A program made the position numbers and the translations under genes. 64,000 nt of DNA from an uncultured virus (IMG/VR IMGVR_UViG_3300008952_000024) (taxonomy: Duplodnaviria; Heunggongvirae; Uroviricota; Caudoviricetes): the IMG/VR virus record IMGVR_UViG_3300008952_000024, one strand, 5' to 3'. Shown here piece after piece: positions 59,717-64,000 of this stretch (the first letter of the stretch is position 1; each line of letters starts with the position of its first letter). The notes below the pieces were generated by a model. The model did not search any database and was not told the DNA's origin. It was given only the letters and a program-made list of their open reading frames with translations.

Positions 59717-60295
59717 CTATCTACTTTCACGTTCCACAAGTGCTAAAAACTCTGCTCTAGTTTCTGGGTTTTCCCTAAATCGACCATACATCGCCGAGGT
59801 GGTCATCACCACATTTGACTTTCTTACGCCCCTAGTCGTCATACAGTGGTGCTTCGCCTCTACCACAACTGCTACCCCTAGTGGATCTAGTACCTCGGAG
59901 ATCGCATCTGCAATCTGTCTGGTCATCTTTTCCTGTATTTGCAAACGCTTACTATACAGTTCGACAACTCGAGCTAATTTTGAAATACCCACCACTTTAT
60001 CTTTTGGTAAATACCCAACATGGGCAACACCGATAATCGGCACCATGTGGTGCTCACAATGTGATTGGAAGTCTATATTGCTCAATAAAATGATTTCATC
60101 ATAACCATTACTTTCTGAAAACGTCCTTGATAAAACATCATGCGGGTCTTGCCCGTATCCACCAAACCATTCACTATATGCTTTCGCTACCCGCTTCGGA
60201 GTATCCAATAATCCCTCTCTCATTGGATCATCACCAGCATATCGCAACAGCGTTCTAATGGCGTTTTCTGCCTCTTCTTTACTAACCTCACTCAC
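59717..60295 (-). CDS. folE: GTP cyclohydrolase I
   Basis: [44 protein letters not shown]. Confidence 0.96.
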   Translation of the reverse strand: MSEVSKEEAENAIRTLLRYAGDDPMREGLLDTPKRVAKAYSEWFGGYGQDPHDVLSRTFSESNGYDEIILLSNIDFQSHCEHHMVPIIGVAHVGYLPKDKVVGISKLARVVELYSKRLQIQEKMTRQIADAISEVLDPLGVAVVVEAKHHCMTTRGVRKSNVVMTTSAMYGRFRENPETRAEFLALVERESR

Positions 60296-60984
60296 GGCAA
60301 CCTCGCGTATTTATGTGTTTGAAATGACACCCGCCACCCGGCATGTTTTTTCGTCATTTCGATAGCAGCATTAATATTAGATAGCCCCTTACCATCTATA
60401 TCTTTTGGCTGGAAAAACTTATGTGGAAAGCCCCACCTATCCTTGCAAAACTCATCAATTGCGTCATCGGACCACATTGTTGGTACAATGATCTTTAAGT
60501 CCGTACCGTGACGCAATTTTATATGGTCCCAAGATACCTTCTCATCTTTAGTCGAAACATCTGATTTTGGACTCACGGTGATGTGGTCAAACAATTCCAA
60601 AACTGGATCATCAATGGTGCCATTGGTTTCTATTGCAAGCCAAACACCCTCTCCCTTTAGAGCCTTACACAACTCTACCCCCGCCGCTTTACGCAATTGA
60701 AGAAGTGGCTCTCCACCAGACATAACCACCATACAGTGGTTCCACCCATCCCGAAGTTCGTTGACCTTCGCTACAATTTCATCTGGTGTTAAAAACACAC
60801 CACTAGCAAAATCTGTGTCGCACCACTGGGCACACTCACCCCTCCCGCTCTCCCGACTAGCCTCCAAGCCACTCCACAGGTTGCAACCACTAAAGCGTAT
60901 AAACACCGCTGGTTTACCTGTTTGGCTCCCCTCTCCCTGTACTGTTGGGAATACCTCCCTAACCTTCAACCTACCAACACTCAC
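60292..60984 (-). CDS. queE: 7-carboxy-7-deazaguanine synthase (radical SAM)
   Basis: [20 protein letters not shown]...C...[31 protein letters not shown] start 60984. Confidence 0.92.
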   Translation of the reverse strand: MSVGRLKVREVFPTVQGEGSQTGKPAVFIRFSGCNLWSGLEASRESGRGECAQWCDTDFASGVFLTPDEIVAKVNELRDGWNHCMVVMSGGEPLLQLRKAAGVELCKALKGEGVWLAIETNGTIDDPVLELFDHITVSPKSDVSTKDEKVSWDHIKLRHGTDLKIIVPTMWSDDAIDEFCKDRWGFPHKFFQPKDIDGKGLSNINAAIEMTKKHAGWRVSFQTHKYARLP

Positions 60985-61244
60985 AACTGCCCCCCAAGTA
61001 ATAACATGCATGTCATAATCACGATCATTACAACCAACGCAACAATTACCCACGTCTTCCACTGATAAGACTCAACTCTAGGTGGAGCCATTATGAGTGC
61101 AATGGATACCTCATTCTTTTCCTCTACTGCAATCGGGGCAACAACAGTCCACCCCTCTGATAACAGTAAACTTAATGCTGGATCATCGACAGATCTATCA
61201 AGATCTGCTGTTGATATTCTATAAACCCTGCATCTTTCTCCCAC
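60981..61244 (-). CDS. Small protein with C-terminal TM
   Basis: LSEGWTVV then a hydrophobic tail. Confidence 0.5.
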   Translation of the reverse strand: MGERCRVYRISTADLDRSVDDPALSLLLSEGWTVVAPIAVEEKNEVSIALIMAPPRVESYQWKTWVIVALVVMIVIMTCMLLLGGQL

Positions 61245-61271
61245 TGTTCCTCCAAGGACTCTGCGTGGCTA

Positions 61272-61550
61272 TTACCAATTTCGTTTACTTATAACCCCAC
61301 TTGAATGACATGGGGATAAATCATCCCCAATAATCCCCGTGCGAAATCTTCCAAGCCACTTAAAGCCGATCCGTCGCTTGTTATGTGGATCTCTTTTCCT
61401 CATACCCTGAATAGACCCCAACTCTTCATCTGTCATTTCAGATGGCGCAAGTGCTGTAATTATTGTACCTTTTTCCAAAATACGAAAATTCTGCGCCTTG
61501 CCCGCTTCTGGATGAGAAAATCGCATATCTGATTTTATTTTGAACTTCAC
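61272..61550 (-). CDS. Hypothetical protein
   Basis: 92-aa ORF, coupled. Confidence 0.5.
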   Translation of the reverse strand: MKFKIKSDMRFSHPEAGKAQNFRILEKGTIITALAPSEMTDEELGSIQGMRKRDPHNKRRIGFKWLGRFRTGIIGDDLSPCHSSGVISKRNW

Positions 61551-61816
61551 TTCTCTTCCTGTTGTTCAGACAAACCATTTAGAAAGCCTACCGCCTCCCC
61601 TAGAAGTTTATCTACTGTGTCTTGCTTATATTCTTTTGAAAACGACTCCAGTACGTCCACAAATCGTTCCATTTGATCCACTAATCTTGGTGCCTCAACT
61701 TCAAACGTATTTGCTATCCTCTCAACTTGATTAGCTGTAAATGGTAGAGCTGGTGCAAACCTTATTAGCTTCTCCAGAGTAATTGCGATCTCTTCCATTG
61801 GTGATTGTGCAGCCAT
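61547..61816 (-). CDS. Hypothetical helical protein
   Basis: 89-aa ORF, coupled. Confidence 0.55.
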   Translation of the reverse strand: MAAQSPMEEIAITLEKLIRFAPALPFTANQVERIANTFEVEAPRLVDQMERFVDVLESFSKEYKQDTVDKLLGEAVGFLNGLSEQQEEK

Positions 61817-62130
61817 TATGACAATCCGCCAGCAAGCATTTTAACCATGTTCTTTATTCGCTCACCGGGAGTCAAATTATTAAACTCATCAGAATCCAAA
61901 CCGGGAGTCACCCCAACAAAGGCACCAAATATTCGAGCCATTAGCTTGCCCGTTCGTCTATTTTCTGCATCCTGTCCTGCCAAATACGCCACTTTAAGAA
62001 GGTCTAAAATCTGGGTCCGCTCTTGGTAATCAAGTTTAGACAATATCCCATCCATCGTTGGTGTTTGGGTCAACTTCATTGTCTCAATCACCGCCAGCAA
62101 ATCTCCTGTCCTCTCACCATCACCGCTCAT
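61816..62130 (-). CDS. Hypothetical protein
   Basis: Likely start MSGDGER after GGAGG. Confidence 0.5.
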   Translation of the reverse strand: MSGDGERTGDLLAVIETMKLTQTPTMDGILSKLDYQERTQILDLLKVAYLAGQDAENRRTGKLMARIFGAFVGVTPGLDSDEFNNLTPGERIKNMVKMLAGGLS

Positions 62131-62758
62131 CACGCCTCCCCCATAAATGACCTTGCATTGTTGCATTTTTCATCCGCTCCGCTGGCCTTTTATCCATATG
62201 GAAAAACCTTGAAACGCCAGAACCATCAAAACTATGCGCTCCCGCATCCTGACACTGCCGGATTCGCTTATTAGAATTTACCCTGCCCACATGGTAGTAG
62301 CAGTCCCTATCACGAGACATTTCACCCCACATACGCATTGAACTAATCTTAAATTCTGTTGTACCGCCCAAGAATATACCAATCCTGCTACAAAGATACG
62401 GCTCTACATCATATGGGTTCATATTATCCTGAACAGCAATTAGAAGTAATTTGATATGGGTTAGTTTATCTAACCACTTGAGACTAAAATCTAGTGACCT
62501 AGAACCCTCACCAACCACATCTGGAAGCACGACCCAATCCGCATCATCACCCATGCGGTCTATGCCATGTTGATATGCTGCTTCATCAAATGGTATCCCC
62601 TGCTTGTAGCAGGTCCATGCACCACTATCCATCGCATATGGCGTATCCGGCTTCGATAGTTTCGATGATCTATGTGCCGGAACCAACATACGCCAACCCA
62701 TATCGACAACTGGCTTACGCCGCTTCGCTGAACCTATATAGGAGGTATACCCTATCAT
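62120..62758 (-). CDS. Second, compact TGT-fold DpdA-like protein
   Basis: YAMDSGAW, WVVLPDVVG, IAVQD, IFLGGTTEFK, YHVGRVNS, SFDGSG. Confidence 0.75.
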   Translation of the reverse strand: MIGYTSYIGSAKRRKPVVDMGWRMLVPAHRSSKLSKPDTPYAMDSGAWTCYKQGIPFDEAAYQHGIDRMGDDADWVVLPDVVGEGSRSLDFSLKWLDKLTHIKLLLIAVQDNMNPYDVEPYLCSRIGIFLGGTTEFKISSMRMWGEMSRDRDCYYHVGRVNSNKRIRQCQDAGAHSFDGSGVSRFFHMDKRPAERMKNATMQGHLWGRRDER

Positions 62759-63624
62759 GAAGCACTTTTTGAATACTGTACCGCTTTATTAACAACGCCC
62801 CATGATAGCTCGCACGGATCTGCACTAATGCCGACATTATTCGAATATTCTTGCCCCATCGCCAAGATCATATGCTCCCACGTTGGCTTACCGCCAAGGT
62901 TCTTTACCTTGCTTTGAAAGGTATCAATCATGCTTGCTAGTAGCCCATTAGCTGAAATATCAAATCTTGAAATAATCCCAGACTCTTCGATCGTCGTCTC
63001 GATCCCAAAGTCATCAATACATACTATTGGAGGACAATTTCTATCCGAATCGTCAGTATACGCTAATCTTCCAAAGACCCATGCATCATTCTCATCCATA
63101 CCACTAACAATAGTCCACGGTTCCCCTTCCGCTTGTTGATCATCCTTCGGTGCAGGAAAAGTGAGCAACTGTTGTTGTTTCGTAAAGCCTAACGTTACTT
63201 TAGAACCAAGAGCCTCACAAAGCACGCCAGCACTATCAATATTTACTTCAAATAACCTAATCCTAAATACTACAGAAGCCGCACCGGGCACCGCATTATA
63301 GACAACGGTTCTTACACAAGCCCTGCCATCAAACAATTGCATCAATGCGTCCGACTGTTTTAATGAAACAAACAAATCCTCTGCGGAAGGGTTTACTCTT
63401 ACCGATGTTTTAAGTTGTTCATCCCCATCTTCGGTACGCAGATACATTGCCAATGCGCCGGGAATAAGTTTATCTACAACCTTTGCATCCAAATCTGACG
63501 CAAGCATAAATGCTAAATCCAGATCAAACAACAACTCGTTATCTGCTGTCCCATCCCGCCTAATCCCTATTTTGTTAATGAATCCCGCTGCCTCATTGGT
63601 GGCTTTCGTTAAATCAAGCATCAC
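62755..63624 (-). CDS. Hypothetical protein
   Basis: 289 aa, GGAGG RBS. Confidence 0.65.
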   Translation of the reverse strand: MMLDLTKATNEAAGFINKIGIRRDGTADNELLFDLDLAFMLASDLDAKVVDKLIPGALAMYLRTEDGDEQLKTSVRVNPSAEDLFVSLKQSDALMQLFDGRACVRTVVYNAVPGAASVVFRIRLFEVNIDSAGVLCEALGSKVTLGFTKQQQLLTFPAPKDDQQAEGEPWTIVSGMDENDAWVFGRLAYTDDSDRNCPPIVCIDDFGIETTIEESGIISRFDISANGLLASMIDTFQSKVKNLGGKPTWEHMILAMGQEYSNNVGISADPCELSWGVVNKAVQYSKSAS

Positions 63625-63666
63625 GCCTCCTAGTCTACTTATCTAAAAACCTTAAAAGTAACAGCC

Positions 63667-64000
63667 CTACCCCGGCACAATCGGTCGTAACCCCGCCTGT
63701 CCGCTTGGGGTTTCGTCCCAAGTGTCTGCAAATATACAAGCAAGGGGATCGAATGGCATAATAACATGGGCACCGGGCGACCCAAATTCACTTCTAACCT
63801 TGTCAACATAAACCTTTGCCGCAGGGAACCCCCTTTCCGCCCTTGGTGCTTGCCTTTCCACAACTAGTCCAACATGGGCATCTTGTTCAATAGCACTCGC
63901 ACCCTTTAAGTCTGATATTTTAACCCTTCGTTGTTGGCTTGCAAACGTTCTATTGGGGTGGCAAACCAATATAATAGTTACTCCATCATTCACAGCAATT
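63667..64000 (-). CDS. SF4 replicative helicase C-terminus (DnaB / T7 gp4-like), 5'-truncated
   Basis: IILVCHP...ISDLKGASAIEQDAHVGLVV...VDKVR. Confidence 0.85.
   Translation of the reverse strand, partial: IAVNDGVTIILVCHPNRTFASQQRRVKISDLKGASAIEQDAHVGLVVERQAPRAERGFPAAKVYVDKVRSEFGSPGAHVIMPFDPLACIFADTWDETPSGQAGLRPIVPG

Noticed and set aside
56215..60984. que genes as a tRNA queuosine auxiliary pathway
   Set aside because: No QueF/QueA/QueG, and the adjacent TGT-fold proteins look like phage DpdA rather than full-length zinc-binding tRNA TGT.
142..63139. Numerous plus-strand ORFs in the track
   Set aside because: They are antisense shadows of well-supported minus-strand genes and show no motifs; only 49548..49997 is kept.
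1..64000. tRNA/rRNA genes, integrase, transposase, reverse transcriptase/DGR
   Set aside because: None recognised by eye; a tRNAscan/Infernal run would be needed to exclude small RNAs.

Overview
The window is a 64 kb piece of a tailed dsDNA bacteriophage genome (siphovirus-like: TP901-type tape measure, tail tube, no sheath). Nearly every credible gene is on the minus strand. In transcription order (high to low coordinates): C-terminus of a DnaB/T7-gp4-like helicase; a 7-deazaguanine DNA-modification cluster (two different DpdA/TGT-fold genes, queE, folE, queC, queD and two tandem ParB-like genes); a separate module of fibre/spike-like structural genes; a holin; an early region (MoxR/RavA AAA plus vWA pair, ECF-like sigma, HTH regulator, Mom-like DNA modifier, many small ORFs with sigma70 promoters); a roughly 4.3 kb low-coding interval (27.7-32.0 kb); endolysin, HNH and methyltransferases; then terminase, portal-MuF, protease, capsid, head-tail genes interrupted by a glycosylation module (RmlB-like dehydratase, 960-aa multi-domain GT2), tail tube, frameshifting tail chaperones and tape measure. 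The most striking unexplained signal is a roughly 1.9 kb island (28896-30781) in which almost every plus-strand G lies in a run of two or more G (I found only 2 isolated G by eye). The rule is strand-specific and holds through a whole 214-aa gene and its flanking GGATC/CATAGG repeat arrays, next to a candidate genome terminus, in a phage encoding two guanine-exchanging enzymes. All calls come from reading the sequence and recognising motifs; no database searches were run.
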